A DNA stretch of 64,000 nt from Naegleria gruberi (Eukaryota): the NCBI GenBank assembly GCA_000004985.1, contig GG738879.1; one strand, 5' to 3'. The position numbers and the translations under genes are program-made. Positions 23,216 through 36,631 of this stretch are shown here, in pieces (position 1 is the stretch's first letter; the number at the start of each line of letters is the position of its first letter). The notes beneath the pieces are model-generated. The model was not told where the DNA came from. It was given only the letters and a program-made list of their open reading frames with translations, and searched no databases.

Positions 23216-25114
23216 ATGGTTTTATCCGTTAGCAACAAGGTTATTCTCGACAATTTCGAAAGAACCTCTCCACTATCTTGGACATTTAGTAATGGAGCAG
23301 AGTTTCCTGGTGCTGTGGGATCTCTTTCTTTGGCTCCTAATCAAGGATATGATGGCTCAACAGGTCTTAAATTATCATTCAATTTGACAGCTGGTAATTA
23401 TGTTGCTGCAAGTTATCACTTGCCACAGACACAAACTTTCACAATTTTGGGGTTCAAAGCGTTGGCACCTGTCAATAATTTGTTCAGTGTGAGAATTTCT
23501 GATCAGACTGGACAAGTTTTTCAATACAGAGCATTGAGGTTATTTGAACAATATGAAAGAGAATGGGCAGATATCATGGTAAATATCAATACATCACCAA
23601 CTTCCTCATGGGGAGGTGCTGCTGATAGAGTTATTCATTTCCCAATTAAGGCAATTAGTATCTTGACTGAAATTGCTGAGAAGGGAACTAGTCAAGATGT
23701 TGGTTACGTTATCATTGATGATGTTTTTGTTTCTAATCAATCAGTTATTGATTTGGATGTGACAAATTTTGTCAAAAGTCCATTCGTAGGTCAAAATGAA
23801 GATGGAATTGACATGCTATCAAGAATGGGTGTCAATATTCACTTTACAAGTGATGACAAAGGATTAGATGCTGTCAAAGAAGGTGGTTTCTCGTGGATTA
23901 GAATGGATTTGTTCTGGTCAACAGTTGAAACAACCAAGCAAGTTTACAATTTCTCTTCTTATGACACCTTATTGACTGCGTTGAAATTGAGAGGATTGAA
24001 AGCATTATTCATTCTGACCTATTCCAATACTCTCTACACTGGAAGTTCCTCTACTCCACCAACTACAGATATAGCCATCGAAGCTTTTGCTAATTATAGT
24101 AGAGCAGCTGCTATACATTACGCTAATGAGAATGTTATTTTCGAGGTTTACAATGAGGCAGATCGTCATGGATTCACTCCAACTACTTATGCTGCATTAT
24201 CAAAAGCTGCACTAGCTGCCATTAGAGAGGGAAATCCGAATGCTCAAGTTTCTACAACTGGTGTTGCTGGTTTTTCGTATGGTTTTGTGAGAGGTTTCAC
24301 ATCTGAAGGTGGTGCTGCCTCAAAGAATGGTTCTCAATTGTTTTCTGGAATAGGATTGCATCCTTATGGAGTTGGTGGTCCTAAATCACCTTTTGGAAGA
24401 TTCCCTGGTTTGACTAGAAAGTTCAGATCAATTATTAATGATAATATCAATGCCACTCTTCAAGGACACGCATCTACATTGAAAAGTGCTCAAACATCTT
24501 TGATTTCTACTGTGCCACCTGTTTGGGATACCGAATGGGGTCTCTCAGCAACTGATTTCGACTCCAATTCGAATGGATTGGACGAAACCGCATTGAGACT
24601 TCATGCTAATAATGTAGTAGGAAGATTACTCTCCTCATGCGCAGTTGGTTTCCCAATTTTCATTTATTACGATTTGAGAAATGATGGAGTTATACCAACA
24701 AATAGAGAACACAATTTCGGTTTGCTTTTCAATAATTATACTGACAAGCCAGCCATGAAAGCTGTCAAGCAATTGAGTTCAATGGTAAGAAATAGATTAT
24801 TTGATGGATTTATTCAAATTGAACACCCTTCTGTAACTGCCATGAGGTTTAAAAGTTCAAACGATTCAGTTGTTATCTTGTTGCCAACTGAAAGTGGAGC
24901 TTCAGTTATTGTTAAGGCAAATAATGCCAGTTCAGTAGTGGATATTTTTGGCAGAAATGTAACTGTTTCAAAAGATAATACGTTTATGGTGAAGGAAACT
25001 GAAGGATTGGTCTATGTAACTTTTGTGACGCCTAAAGAAACACCAACCGTATGTCAACCAACAGTTCAAACATCAAACAGCACAAATATTTCATCACCTG
25101 AGAAGGTAATTTGA
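23216..25114 (+). CDS. Glycoside-hydrolase-like protein (possibly GH5/cellulase superfamily) with an N-terminal beta-sandwich (CBM-like) region.
   Basis: Motif VIFEVYNEAD resembles the GH5 NEP acid/base region; TIM-barrel-like alternation. Family assignment is tentative. Confidence 0.45.
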   Translation: MVLSVSNKVILDNFERTSPLSWTFSNGAEFPGAVGSLSLAPNQGYDGSTGLKLSFNLTAGNYVAASYHLPQTQTFTILGFKALAPVNNLFSVRISDQTGQVFQYRALRLFEQYEREWADIMVNINTSPTSSWGGAADRVIHFPIKAISILTEIAEKGTSQDVGYVIIDDVFVSNQSVIDLDVTNFVKSPFVGQNEDGIDMLSRMGVNIHFTSDDKGLDAVKEGGFSWIRMDLFWSTVETTKQVYNFSSYDTLLTALKLRGLKALFILTYSNTLYTGSSSTPPTTDIAIEAFANYSRAAAIHYANENVIFEVYNEADRHGFTPTTYAALSKAALAAIREGNPNAQVSTTGVAGFSYGFVRGFTSEGGAASKNGSQLFSGIGLHPYGVGGPKSPFGRFPGLTRKFRSIINDNINATLQGHASTLKSAQTSLISTVPPVWDTEWGLSATDFDSNSNGLDETALRLHANNVVGRLLSSCAVGFPIFIYYDLRNDGVIPTNREHNFGLLFNNYTDKPAMKAVKQLSSMVRNRLFDGFIQIEHPSVTAMRFKSSNDSVVILLPTESGASVIVKANNASSVVDIFGRNVTVSKDNTFMVKETEGLVYVTFVTPKETPTVCQPTVQTSNSTNISSPEKVI

Positions 25115-25200
25115 AATTCCTGCTTCTTTATCAATGATCAAAAATAAAGAAAACTGCAAAAGGAAACATAATTTTATTAAGGATTTTTGATACCATGCCA

Positions 25201-25274
25201 GCCTTCCTAGCTCAGTTGGCAGTAGCGCTGTCCTAGTAAGACAGAGGTCTTGGGTTCGATTCCCAAGGGAGGCA
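25201..25274 (+). tRNA. tRNA-Thr (anticodon AGU).
   Basis: Acceptor GCCTTCC/GGGAGGC, anticodon stem CTGTC/GACAG with loop CTAGTAA, T-arm CTTGGGTTCGATTCCCAAG. Confidence 0.85.
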
Positions 25275-25313
25275 TCTTTTAGCTGGATTAAGGTTTCATT
25301 CTGCCTTTATTTA

Positions 25314-28069
25314 CTATTTAGTGTCCAATCGATCTTCAAAAGCCCATGAGCTTCGCATACTAACATCGTCCACCATTTCTCTGAGTTTTTCCAATCTCAT
25401 ATTCGCCACGAAATCAGTCGGATCTCTGCTCACAACCTTTCCAAATAACTCAATCGCCTTCACCACATCTTCACTTTTAAGATTATTCATAGTTGAGCTC
25501 ATGTTCATGGAATCCACCACCCCAAAAGTGTGTTTCTGTCCATCAATTGTAAGCTTATCTGGAACGCATTCACCATGAGAGTAACTTCCAAACATTATCT
25601 CGATTGCATCTTCAAAGTTGGTCTTGTTTTTGGCTTTCAATTCGTGCGAGTTATTCGAAACTGTTGAAGGTGTTCTTGTGAGAATTTCAAATACCCAACT
25701 TGCTTGTTGTCTTCCAACAACTGCTAAGCGGCCTATTTTTCTTTGATTCCTCTTTGGAAGAAGTGGAGATGTTTCAATTACTTCCTTCGTAACGAGAATG
25801 TCAACTCTGTAATGTTTAGTCAAAGATTCCAAACGAGCTGCCAAATTGACAGTATCTCCAATAATGGTTGGATCAACTCTTTGATCTTCACCAATCAATC
25901 CAACTGCACATTTACCTCTTGCAATTCCAATTCCAACTCTAACTGTTGGATATTTCTTACTCTTATTGAATTCTAATAATCTTCTTTGTATTTCCATTGC
26001 TGCCAAAACAGATTGACCAGGAGTTAAAAACAATGCCAAAATACCATCACCCAAATACTTGTCAATATATCCACCATGTTCTCTCACAACTGGTCCAACC
26101 AATGACAGATAATTATTCAAAAATTCAAAAGTCTCATCTGGTGTCATCTTTTCACAAATACTTGTATAACCTCTAATGTCAGCAAACAACACATCCAATT
26201 CCATTTCAAAGTAATCTCCGTGCGTAAGGTCCATTACACTCTCCTTCTGAACAATCGACATGAATTCCTTTGGAACAAATTTGTGAACTGTCTCATTGTG
26301 CAATCTTAACAAGTCCTGAATGGTCCTCGAAAAGATTAACGACATAATTGATGAAAGGAAAATTCCCATAATTCCACCCACTGTATATCCTATCAATTCC
26401 TTAATAGCAAGCCCCTCTGATTCATTCTGATCCAACAAAATATCATCCCTAATCATATTCTCAATAGTTTTCAATTCATCGATTTTTTGTGTAATATTCC
26501 AGAACCAATTTTGAGCTGTAAAAATTGTCTTGGCATAGGTCAAATTGAAAGGAGAGGCCAATATGTATGATTCCATCATGTTTGTAACGGTCGCATTATT
26601 CACACTCAATGAAAGTTGCTCAAAATATTTGAAAGATCCAACATTTCTAGATTTGGCATCAATGATTGTGAACATGGTATCAAATCTTGATCTCAAATAC
26701 AAGTAACTGACATAGAAATCATTGGTAAAGGCACCAGCAGCTAATCCATTACTCACAGTAGCTCTCTTCTGACCCAAACTTTCCTTCATGACCATTAGGA
26801 GTGAATAAATATTCGATTTGATAAGAAAATCTGGATCTCTACCTAAACTTGTCGCCACATTTACAATATCAATCATATTCTTAATGATGGTAGTATAGAA
26901 ATCGAGAGCTACCTTCGCCACTGGAAATTTCAATGTTGAAATATTGTAACGATGAGCAGAGAGTATATGAAACGATGCATCAATCATATCGAGAGTTGGT
27001 TCAACTTTTTGTTTGGCAATTGTTTCGTCTTTTGCATAGGTAAAATAATCAATAATCCCCTTTTTTGTCGCATTCCAATTCAGTAATTGTAAATCTGTTG
27101 CATTTCGTTGTAAATCAAGCTCAGTAGTAAATGAGGTACCTTTCGAACCTAAATATAAAGAAGAAGAACCTCTTTCTTTTTGAATTTCATGAATAATATC
27201 CGAAATACCAGTTGTGAATATGGTAAGAAGAGTGTTGGCATCAGATTCTTTCACTCTCTTTCATCAAATTCAGTTTCGAATAATTACAATAAGAAACTTA
27301 CCAAAACTGAATAATTAATTAAAATTCCTTCAAATACTATCATACAAGCTAAAGAAAAGATAAAAATCAGAAGTAATTTGATAGAAAGTGGAATCTTTGC
27401 CAATATTTTTGATAAAGTCCACTTTCTTGCTTCCTTTTTCGAGACAACACTATACGAAATGTTAGAAGAAATACTGGAAGAAACTCCCATCATATTCTTT
27501 TCATATGAAGACCTAGACCCTGTATCCATTGTTCCTTCCTCAAGTGTTGTCAAATAATCTCCCTTCATATCATTTTCCTCAGCTTGTTTCGAATAAGTAC
27601 TTAGTGAACTAACTGATTTCTCCTTTTGCAATAAACTAATTTCCTTAGAACTTCTCAATGAATTCATTGTTGAACCTTGTTTTAGAAGAAAGTTGGTGTT
27701 GAGTGTTTTTTGAGTTCGAACCGAAACTAAACTTGGTTTACTCGCACTAGAACTCATGGCACCTAGATTAAGAGGAGTAATTTGATTTCGTTTAGGAGGA
27801 TTACTTTCAGGTCGAGAAACATGATGCTGATGAAGAAATAAATCTTCTGACTTGTTAGAAACTTTAGACGAATCGCCTACTATTGTATTCCTATCGTGCT
27901 GTTCTTCGTTCATTATTGAGGAAAGTCTTTGATGTTGTATGGATGATGTTTCGTCTATTGAATTCGAAAGTAATTCATCAGTTGTAGCACGGTGATGGTG
28001 TTCATGCGGAGAAGATGAATTACTACTACTACCGGAAGAAGATGTATGTTGCTTATACTTGTCAGACAT
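25314..28069 (-). CDS. Receptor-type class III adenylyl/guanylyl cyclase with an extracellular NIT-like sensor domain (paralogue A). complement(join(25314..27257,27302..28069)), ~903 aa.
   Basis: Exon 1 is a low-complexity cytoplasmic region plus TM1 (KIPLSIKLLLIFIFSLACMIVF). A 44-nt GTAAGT..AAAG intron is in phase 0. Exon 2 holds a NIT-like domain (IIHEIQKERGSSSLYLG; second half-repeat ESLGQKRATVSNGLAAGAF), TM2, and a cyclase domain with FADIRGYTS, KYLGDGILALF and GIGIARG. Confidence 0.8.
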
Positions 28070-28422
28070 GCTATAGTCAATTTTTCAAAGAACTCATGCA
28101 CAGCTGTTTCGAATGAAATGTTTTTTTAAGAGATACTTAAAGTATAGTTCTCTAAGATTCGGTTAATTGTTGGTGAAAACGTAAAAGAACTGAATCATAT
28201 TCTTAATGTTTTATGAGAGAGAAACTTCAACGAATCAACCCTTGGATAGAATAATCGAAACAGATATCTCCTTCGCTTCCTATACATAATAAAGGAAAGA
28301 ATTGTAATTTTTAGTAGTGACTACTACCGCTCTGCTCATCTTACGAATATTCAATCTAGAATTTCCCTCCAAAAAACATCACCCTCTCAAAACAAACCAC
28401 ACCAATTGACCATTCCAATCAT

Positions 28423-31059
28423 TTATTTAAAATCAAGTCGATCTTCAAATGACCACATTGTATTGGCACTCAAAATTTCTTCCAATTTTGTTATTCTCAT
28501 TTGAACTAAATAATCCTGCGAGTCAACTTCTTGAATTTGTTTCAGATAATCAAGTGCTTGAATTGGATTAAACAAATCCTTTTCATACATCATGGCAATG
28601 GATGCTTCGAATTTATCCTTATGTTTCTTCTTACTGTCAACTGAACCAAAAGATGGAGATTCTGTCAAAATTTCAAATATGGTGCATGATTGTTGTCTTC
28701 CAACAACTGCAATCTTTCCAATATTTCTGTATTTGGCATTGGATAAAAGTGGTGATGAATCAATTACATCTCTTGTTACCATAATGTCAACTCTGTAATG
28801 TTTAGTCAAAGATTCCAAACGAGCTGCCAAATTGACAGTATCTCCAATTATGGTTGGATCAACTCTTTGATCTTCACCAATCAATCCAACTGCACATTTT
28901 CCTCTTGCAATTCCAATTCCAACTCTAACTGTTGGATATTTCTTACTCTTATTGAATTCTAATAATCTTCTTTGTAATTCCATTGCTGCTAAAACAGATT
29001 GACCAGGAGTTAAAAACAATGCCAAAATACCATCACCCAAATACTTGTCAATATATCCACCATGTTCTCTCACAACTGGTCCAACCAATGACAAATAATT
29101 ATTCAAAAACTCAAACGTCTCATCTGGTGTCATCTTTTCACAAATACTCGTATAACCTCTAATGTCAGCAAACAACACATCCAATTCCATTTCAAAGTAA
29201 TCACCATGATTCAAATCCATGACGCTATCCTTTTGAACAATCGACATGAATTCCTTTGGAACAAACTTGTGAACTGTCTCATTGTGCAACCTTAACAAAT
29301 CTTGAATAGTCCTTGAAAAGATTACAGCCAAAATGATAGAAGCAATTACAACACTGAAACCACCAACACAATAACCCATAAGAGAATCTTTGGCCGATGA
29401 TTCAATACTTTGCGAGTTATTAAATATGCCATCTCTAATGTTATCTTCCACTACTTTTAATTCATCAATCTTGGTAGTCACATTCCAAAACCAATTCTCT
29501 GCAGAAAACACCGATTGGGCTTTTGTTAAATTGAATGGTGAAGACAACATGTATGATTCCATCATATCAACAACAGCGTTACTCTTTACATATCCAGTTA
29601 ATTGTTGATAGTATCCAAGACTATCCCTGTTCCTCGATTTGGCATCAATGACCATGTACATGGTATCATATCTTGACTTTAAATATAAAAAGTTTACATA
29701 GAGATCATTGGTGAAAGCACCAGCAGCCACAGCATTACTACCAACAGCTCTTCTCTGACCTAAACTTTCCTTCATGACCATCAAGAGTGTATAGATGTTG
29801 GTCACGACGAGGAATTTACGATCTTCAGCCAAAGCAGCCAATACAGACACCACATCAATCATATTCTTAATGCAATTTGTGAAAAAATCCAATGCAGGTT
29901 TGGCCACTGGAAATTGTAAATTTGAAATCTTTTCTCTGTGAGAAGGCAGGACATTCAAATAGATATTCTCAATAATTTGAATAACTGTATACGTCTGATT
30001 CCTTGTAATTTCATCTTGTTCTATCAGTAAATCGAAAAATTCTGCAATAGAAGCCCTAGTTTCATTCCATTTAGAGAGGGCAAGGTTTGTGGCATTCCTC
30101 TGTGTAGCCAATTCAACCACAAACTTTTTACCTTTACCACCAAGAAAGAGTGATGAAGATCCACGTTCCTTTTGCAGTTCGTGGATGATTTGGGCAATAT
30201 TGGTGGAGAAGGTCGTTAATTTCTGAATACTCTGTGCTTCAAGAACTCGCTATATAGAGTAAGGGCCAACACCATGTTATTGTTATTGTGGAAAATCAGA
30301 GTTGTAATGAAACATCAATAAGAAAAATTGACAAATACCCAATTAAGGGATGAAACATACCTTTGCAGAATCATTCACTAATATGGCTCCAAAAACCACA
30401 AGCGAAATGATTGATAAAATCACAATAAAGAAAAGTTTCACAGGAAGAGGAATCATGGCAACGAGTTTTGAAAAGCTTACTCTCTTCTTTCGTTGCTGGT
30501 TTCTACTGACGATAGAGTAAGAGACTACTGATGAGGATATCGATTTCTGCGTGATTGACGTTCTCATCTTTTCCATGTCATCAAATGGATCTGTCTTGGC
30601 AAGATTTTGAAGGTTATTATCAAAGTTTTTAGAACTGGTGATACTGGATAGGAGTGAGCTCTGCGTTTTAACTGCAACTGTCTTGGATTCCTTCTTTTGA
30701 GTAGAGTTGTTTTTATAGTGATGATTCGGTTTGGATGAATTCATGGGAGAAACCTTTGCCTTAGAAGAGAAGAATATTGAGGTACTTAAGGTATTTGTTG
30801 TATTCCTTGTTGATTCTTCTTGTTGTTGCTCTTCATCTTGTTGTTGTTCTTCTTCAATGGTTGTACTCTTTTGATACGAAGGAGCATTTCCTTCCTCACT
30901 ATATGGTTTCTGAACGGGTGAGGGATCCTCTTCCAGAGTAGTAGTCCCACTCACAGTGTATCTATTCTCTCTATGTGAGAGATCCTGATGATGTTCCTCA
31001 TGATGTTGATGCTGATGATTTGTCATTTGGTGTGAATTTGTTTTTTTCTGTTGTACCAA
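28423..31059 (-). CDS. Receptor-type class III cyclase with a NIT-like sensor (paralogue B). complement(join(28423..30249,30362..31059)), ~841 aa.
   Basis: Same architecture as A. Exon 1 ends ...FGAILVNDSAK|GTATGT and exon 2 begins RVLEAQSIQKLTTFSTNIAQIIHELQKERGSSSLFLG. The 111-nt intron is in phase 0, and the catalytic core is ~97% nt-identical to A. Confidence 0.8.
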
Positions 31060-31931
31060 GAGATAGATGCAAACACAGCAAAACGCTCATTCACACTCCT
31101 TGTGACTTGGAAATATAGTAAAATTCGCAATGAAGCTGTTGCACACTGTAAGAGAATATTCAAATCCGTTTTTTCTGCTTCCCAACCCTTAATAAGATAT
31201 TAAGATATAATTTTAGGTAGAAAACTCTAAAGGCCAATAATATAACCACCGAAATTTATAGTAATAACCTGATAGTGAACAATAAACGCGATAATTCTTC
31301 AAGTATTAATAGCTGTAATTGAATAGAGAGCTTTCATTAATTTGTTAAGTTGGTTCGTGGATTGGAAAAGGTAGTTTTTAAATTATCTGACCACAACCTC
31401 CGATAGTTTAGTTAAAACTTGGTAGATACCACATTGTATTCCCATTCATCCAGTTTGATGTTGTATCAAATGGCGATTCATGCAAGAATCGCTTTTTAAT
31501 TTTGAACTACTTCTCCCTGAATCAATAAAGCAGTTTTACAAAAGAATCCCATGTCTATTTCTATCTTGGTGACATTGTTCGATTTGCATCTCGGTAACAT
31601 TACCTTTCTAGTTGTGGCTATCTCTGATTCTATTAACAAACTTTCCAAGTCCATTACCTTAATGTAGATAGCATATTACTGACTATATTTGAAGTTTATC
31701 CGTCCTTCTTAATTATATTTCTAAGATTCTTTACTGTATTGAAAATGTACAATGAACCAGTTGATGATGCATTTGAATCAGTTCATTGACAAAATTGATT
31801 CGAATTGCATTGGGGAAATGTTGAACGTAAACTGTTAACCTTGTGAGTTGTTGCTTTCTGTTTGCACATTGTAAACAACAAACCAAAACCAGTTTTATCT
31901 GGAAAATGGAATTTTAAAAATCATAAAAAAA

Positions 31932-33754
31932 ATGCCCCGAATTACCACAAGTGACAAAAAGCGACGATTGAACAACAAGCGATATGATGAGTTTAGTAAG
32001 AATTTAGCATTCGAACTGGCCGATAATTCCGAAGATGAAAAGGAAATTGCACAACAAGAAGCAAGTGTTGACCATGAAACTTTTAAACAACTTCATCCTG
32101 TACAGATTAGCCCAAAGGATGTTGATATGATCGTGAGTGCTGTGGTTAAAAAGGCTGATTGGAGAGTTAAATTGGGAGAATTAGAGCTCAAGTGGAGGCA
32201 GGAATGCTCAAGGCAGAATATTTCAGTAGCTAGTGCGAATGTTGCTTTTGAAATTCTACGTGACATTAATTTTCAAGGTTAGTTGTTGATTGGATTTTCA
32301 ATTAATTTATTTGATAATTTTTTACATGTTTTAATGTCATCAAATTATTTAGGAAGTGGATCCAAACAATGTTGTGGTAAGTGTTGAAATAATTCTTGAT
32401 AAGTTGTGACACATTGAAAAAAGGATGTTGTGGAGCTAATCCTCAATCAGAAAGAGAGGAAAGAGCATCAATCAGGAAGAATGACAAACCATACGTCCCA
32501 AGAGGTGTAGAAGATCACATCTCAGACGAAGAAGAAGAAGAAGATGAATACTTTGATTTCGAAAGGTACTCTAGAAGTACAAGATTTTGTGAGTGTCCTT
32601 GTGTACATTGCTCAACTAAACTTCCAAAATATAATGGGGCTATTGTTGCTGATAATTTAATTCCCAGCGATTTGAAACAGAGATTGAAAGATGAAATTGC
32701 AAAATTGGAGAATGTTCCAGAAGATAAGAAAGATTGGCATCCAGGAGCAAATAAGCAAGTATTGGACTTGATTCATCCTTCATTGTATTGTTATGTTGAT
32801 AAGGTTAGTGTTTCTGAAAAGGAAATGGAACCTGAAGTTGAAAAAGAAAGACATTGGTATCAACCAAAACCAAGTTATGAAAAACCAAAATCCAATAGAT
32901 GTCAATGGTTACCTGCTGAATTTGAAGTAACATATGATAGCAATGTTGGATTAGATGCTAAAGATGCTGAACCTACTGTGAAAATCAATAGCTATATCAA
33001 TAATATCGATCAAATCAAACAACCAGAACTTTATGATGTTATTGGTAAAATATTTGGTAAATTCCACAAACAAATGAAACAGAGTCATCATTCTATTGGA
33101 AGGGCAGACACATTACAAGTCATTGTAAAAGCTGCCAATATTATTGTAACCCCAGATAAGCCATTTTACTCTGGAGGAACTTTCCATATGGAAGGAATGC
33201 CCTATGAACACATTGCTACAACTGGTATTTATTATTATCATTCAGAAAATGTAAAGAATAGTTATTTGGAGTTTAGATCTGGTATTTCAGAGCCATACGG
33301 ATACCAACAAGACGATGTTAAAGGATGTTTCGAGCAATATGGACTTCATGATGGTGATTTACAATTCAGAAGTGAAGGAGCAATTCACACCAAGGAAGAT
33401 AGATGTATCATTTTCAATAATACCGACCAACATAGAGTAAGACACTTTTTCCCTATTGATCCTTCGAAACCAGCCATTAGAAAGATACTCGTCTTTTTTA
33501 TTGTGAATCCAAGGAATAGAATCATCTCTACACAAGATGTTGACGTGCAAAGATTTGATTTCCTTATTAATAGATGCTTTATTTTGAACAAATTACTCCC
33601 ATTCCCAATCGTTCACACAATTGTACAATTTATGCCACACTTTACTCATGAGGAAGCTTTGAAAAATAGAGAAGAACTTATGAACCAGAGAAAGTACTAT
33701 GTCGATGAGCAAAACTTGGAAATAGAAAGAGAATTTTCACTTTGTGAACATTAG
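31932..33754 (+). CDS. Hypothetical protein, possibly DUF4246-like. A 5' ORF 31932..32282 is probably spliced to 32396..33754 (donor CAAG|GTTAGT at ~32279); the exact acceptor is unresolved.
   Basis: 452-aa main ORF with a motif GGTFHMEGMPYEHIATTGIYYY. A GTTAGT donor closes the upstream 116-aa ORF. A candidate 24-nt mini-exon would leave an implausible 27-nt intron. Confidence 0.45.
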
Positions 33755-34147
33755 ATTTATTATAAAATCAATTGTTATATGCTAAAGTTAATAAAAGAAC
33801 ATTTAATTTTTGATGTTCCAAACTTTACTAAATATTAAGAAATGAGGTATTGAACAAGTTGTTCCACTCCTATCTGAAATCAATTGGAAGATGTGAAAGA
33901 AACAAGTAAAGTATAAACATGTTGACCATTTTTCATTTGAAAAAGTATTAAAATAATCTGAATTTTTTTGCAAGCCGTAGCAAGTGCCAATAAAAATGTG
34001 TACTAATCAGAGGCTTCTAAAAATGGAAATATACAATAGTTTAGAAAAATAAAAACACGATTATCAAGATAGAGATCCATACCACCAAAGAATAAAGAAT
34101 AGTCGCCCAAAAATTAAAGGTATTCAATAAAATAGTAAAAGTATGAC

Positions 34148-34217
34148 TCGAGTGCCGGGAATTGAACCCGGGTCGCCAGAGTGACAGTCTGGAATGCTAC
34201 CACTATACCACACCCGA
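34148..34217 (-). tRNA. tRNA-Asp (anticodon GUC).
   Basis: Anticodon stem-loop CCAGA-CTGTCAC-TCTGG, T-arm CCGGGTTCAATTCCCGG, D-arm GTATAGTGGTAG. Confidence 0.85.
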
Positions 34218-34565
34218 TTTCACATATCGTTCACTAAAATATTTCTTTAAAATAAATAACAAAATAAATTTAATATTTACAATTTTTTAAAAAATTAAAT
34301 ATTGTTTCCGACATCAAGCTTACAAGTTGAGGACATGATTCTCTTCCAATTGCTTAATTTTAACCAATACAATCATTTTCAAAGAAACACTATCACTTCA
34401 ATTAAAGATGTCTATTTACTGAGTAGTGCTGCTAAACACTTTTGTAAACAAACAAAACACCGAACAAAAAAAATTCCCTACAACGTCGAAATTTTTGTTG
34501 TCCATTTTTCTATCATCAAGAACAACACTCTTGTCGGCACCATCATATAAAAATTCATCATCATC

Positions 34566-35591
34566 ATGTACGCTGCAGCACGTAGATTTACCTCTTCTTC
34601 AACTTTGGCATCAGTCTACAAGGCCCAATCTGCCAAGACTCTCTTTGCCAAGAATGCTAAATTTTCTCAACATAGCAACGCCAACAAGCAACTCATGTCT
34701 CAAGTTGGTATGGTCCAAAAGGCCTTCTCTCACGACGTAGAAATTAGCGTTAAATTTGTTTATGATGATCAAAACGTTGTTTTGGAATTGTTGAAGGAAC
34801 ACGGAGGAAAGGTTGAACAAACATCAAACATTAACGTTACATACTTTGATAATGTTCCACAAGATGAAGTCCTTCCAGAAGCTGCTGAAGTTGCCAAGGA
34901 TAGACCACAAACACAAGAAAGATACACCATGACTGCCAAGGATTCTTGGTTGTTGAAGGAAAGTACACAAGATTCTATTGAATGGAAGTGTTCTTATCCA
35001 AATGTCGAAGAAGGAAAGACTCACTTGGATCAACCACTCACTGCAAGAGTTCCAATGTATCAAGAAGCTATTGGAGAAAGAGAAATTCGTAGATTTTTAA
35101 ATTTACAACAAGATATGACTGCTGAAGCTAGAACTGGTACAAAGTTGCCATCTTTGGATGAAGATTTGCGAAAGAGATTAAGTATTGTCCCATTCGCCAA
35201 GATTGACTATACTGAAACTACTGTATCTGTATCACCATCTATTAATTATGCTAATATTAATGTCACTTTGAGAGATGCTTCTTTCGGATACAAATTGGGT
35301 ACTCTTAAATGTAGTGTTCAAAATATTAGCAGAGAAATGGCTGATGATTTGGGTGTACATTTGTTGCGTTTGTTCGAATCCACTAAATTGAACAAGTTAA
35401 TACAACCACACGCTAGATCTATTGTTGAAGAATACTTGTATAGAACTCGTCAAGGAACCCACTACAAGACTCTTTTGGAAGCTGGTATTCGTGATGATAA
35501 GCTTATGGATCCTGAAACTGCCAGAAATGAAATTAATGCCATGTTGGAAAAGCAAGGAAAGTCACCACTCGCTGAACCAGAAGAAAACTAA
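34566..35591 (+). CDS. Hypothetical protein with an N-terminal mitochondrial-presequence-like region.
   Basis: 341-aa ORF starting at an ATG. The N-terminus MYAAARRFTSSSTLASVYKAQSAK is basic and amphipathic. No firm family assignment; a CYTH-like EISVKF motif is only a weak hint. Confidence 0.45.
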   Translation: MYAAARRFTSSSTLASVYKAQSAKTLFAKNAKFSQHSNANKQLMSQVGMVQKAFSHDVEISVKFVYDDQNVVLELLKEHGGKVEQTSNINVTYFDNVPQDEVLPEAAEVAKDRPQTQERYTMTAKDSWLLKESTQDSIEWKCSYPNVEEGKTHLDQPLTARVPMYQEAIGEREIRRFLNLQQDMTAEARTGTKLPSLDEDLRKRLSIVPFAKIDYTETTVSVSPSINYANINVTLRDASFGYKLGTLKCSVQNISREMADDLGVHLLRLFESTKLNKLIQPHARSIVEEYLYRTRQGTHYKTLLEAGIRDDKLMDPETARNEINAMLEKQGKSPLAEPEEN

Positions 35592-35899
35592 ATTTCTCTC
35601 TCAGCAATAATTTTCACTGTGTAATTAAACCTAAAATATTTTATAAAAAAATGGGGCTGATACCTAATGTTAAATAGTCAATTTGTTGTTTGACAGGAAG
35701 TTAATTTGATTCATGACATTTCATCATTATGAAAATTAATTTCTATCATCATGTTATTCCAATCCGAGAATTATTTAATATTAGAATTTAACAATAAGAA
35801 GAAAAATGCCACTCCTTCAAATTAGTGAAGATGAAATGGATGAAATCAGAGCCTTCTATGAGCTCTTACTAACAGGGAGATGATGATGAAAAAACCGAG

Positions 35900-36631
35900 T
35901 TGGCAGTTAGTATTAAAATTCCAGGAGGTAAATCATTGTCAACCTCCAATCTAATAACCAATAGGAGAATGACTTCAACAGATATTCAAAGTCTCTTCCA
36001 TAGAATTGGATTAAAAGTAACCTCCGATCAAATCAGAGAAATTATTAAGGGAGCACACGAATCCTACTATAGAAAGTCTGACAATTCACTCCCTAATGAT
36101 TCAATCAATTTTAATGAATTTGTTCATCTCATCAATGATAAACCACCAGCCAATGTTTCTCGAGAGCAATTAATCACAGCCTTTAAAATCCTCTCAGAGA
36201 ATGAGGAGGGAGAAACAGAGGGCTACATGTCCGTTGATGAATTGGAGAGGTACCTCACTCATTTTCACTACTGTACCGAGAAGCACTTTGAAGAGGAACA
36301 GGAAATGAATGATGAAGATGCCGAGTATTTGGAAAATAGTAATGTTAATACTTCCCTCAATTTGAAGCAAGTTAAAAAGGCTCGGAATTTCCTCACCGAT
36401 CCTCAATATGATATGAGACCTTTCACTAAGAAGGACTTTCACAAATTGGTTGATATTTTAGATCCCTATTGTAGTGGACATATTAATTATTTGAAATATG
36501 TTAGCATGATGTATGATGGATTAATACAAGGTGAAGAAATTTCCGAGAGTAATAATAATAACACTAATAACAACACTAATAACACTAACAACACCAATAT
36601 TCATCACCACCATAACCATAATGGAAAGTAA
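35900..36631 (+). CDS. EF-hand (calmodulin/myosin-light-chain-like) protein with a C-terminal Asn/Thr/His low-complexity tail. The 5' end is uncertain.
   Basis: EF-hand-like segment QLITAFKILSENEEGETEGYMSVDELERYL. The ORF opens with TTG; the first in-frame ATG gives MTSTDIQSLF. An upstream small ORF (35806..35880) may be a uORF or an upstream exon. Confidence 0.45.
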   Translation: MAVSIKIPGGKSLSTSNLITNRRMTSTDIQSLFHRIGLKVTSDQIREIIKGAHESYYRKSDNSLPNDSINFNEFVHLINDKPPANVSREQLITAFKILSENEEGETEGYMSVDELERYLTHFHYCTEKHFEEEQEMNDEDAEYLENSNVNTSLNLKQVKKARNFLTDPQYDMRPFTKKDFHKLVDILDPYCSGHINYLKYVSMMYDGLIQGEEISESNNNNTNNNTNNTNNTNIHHHHNHNGK

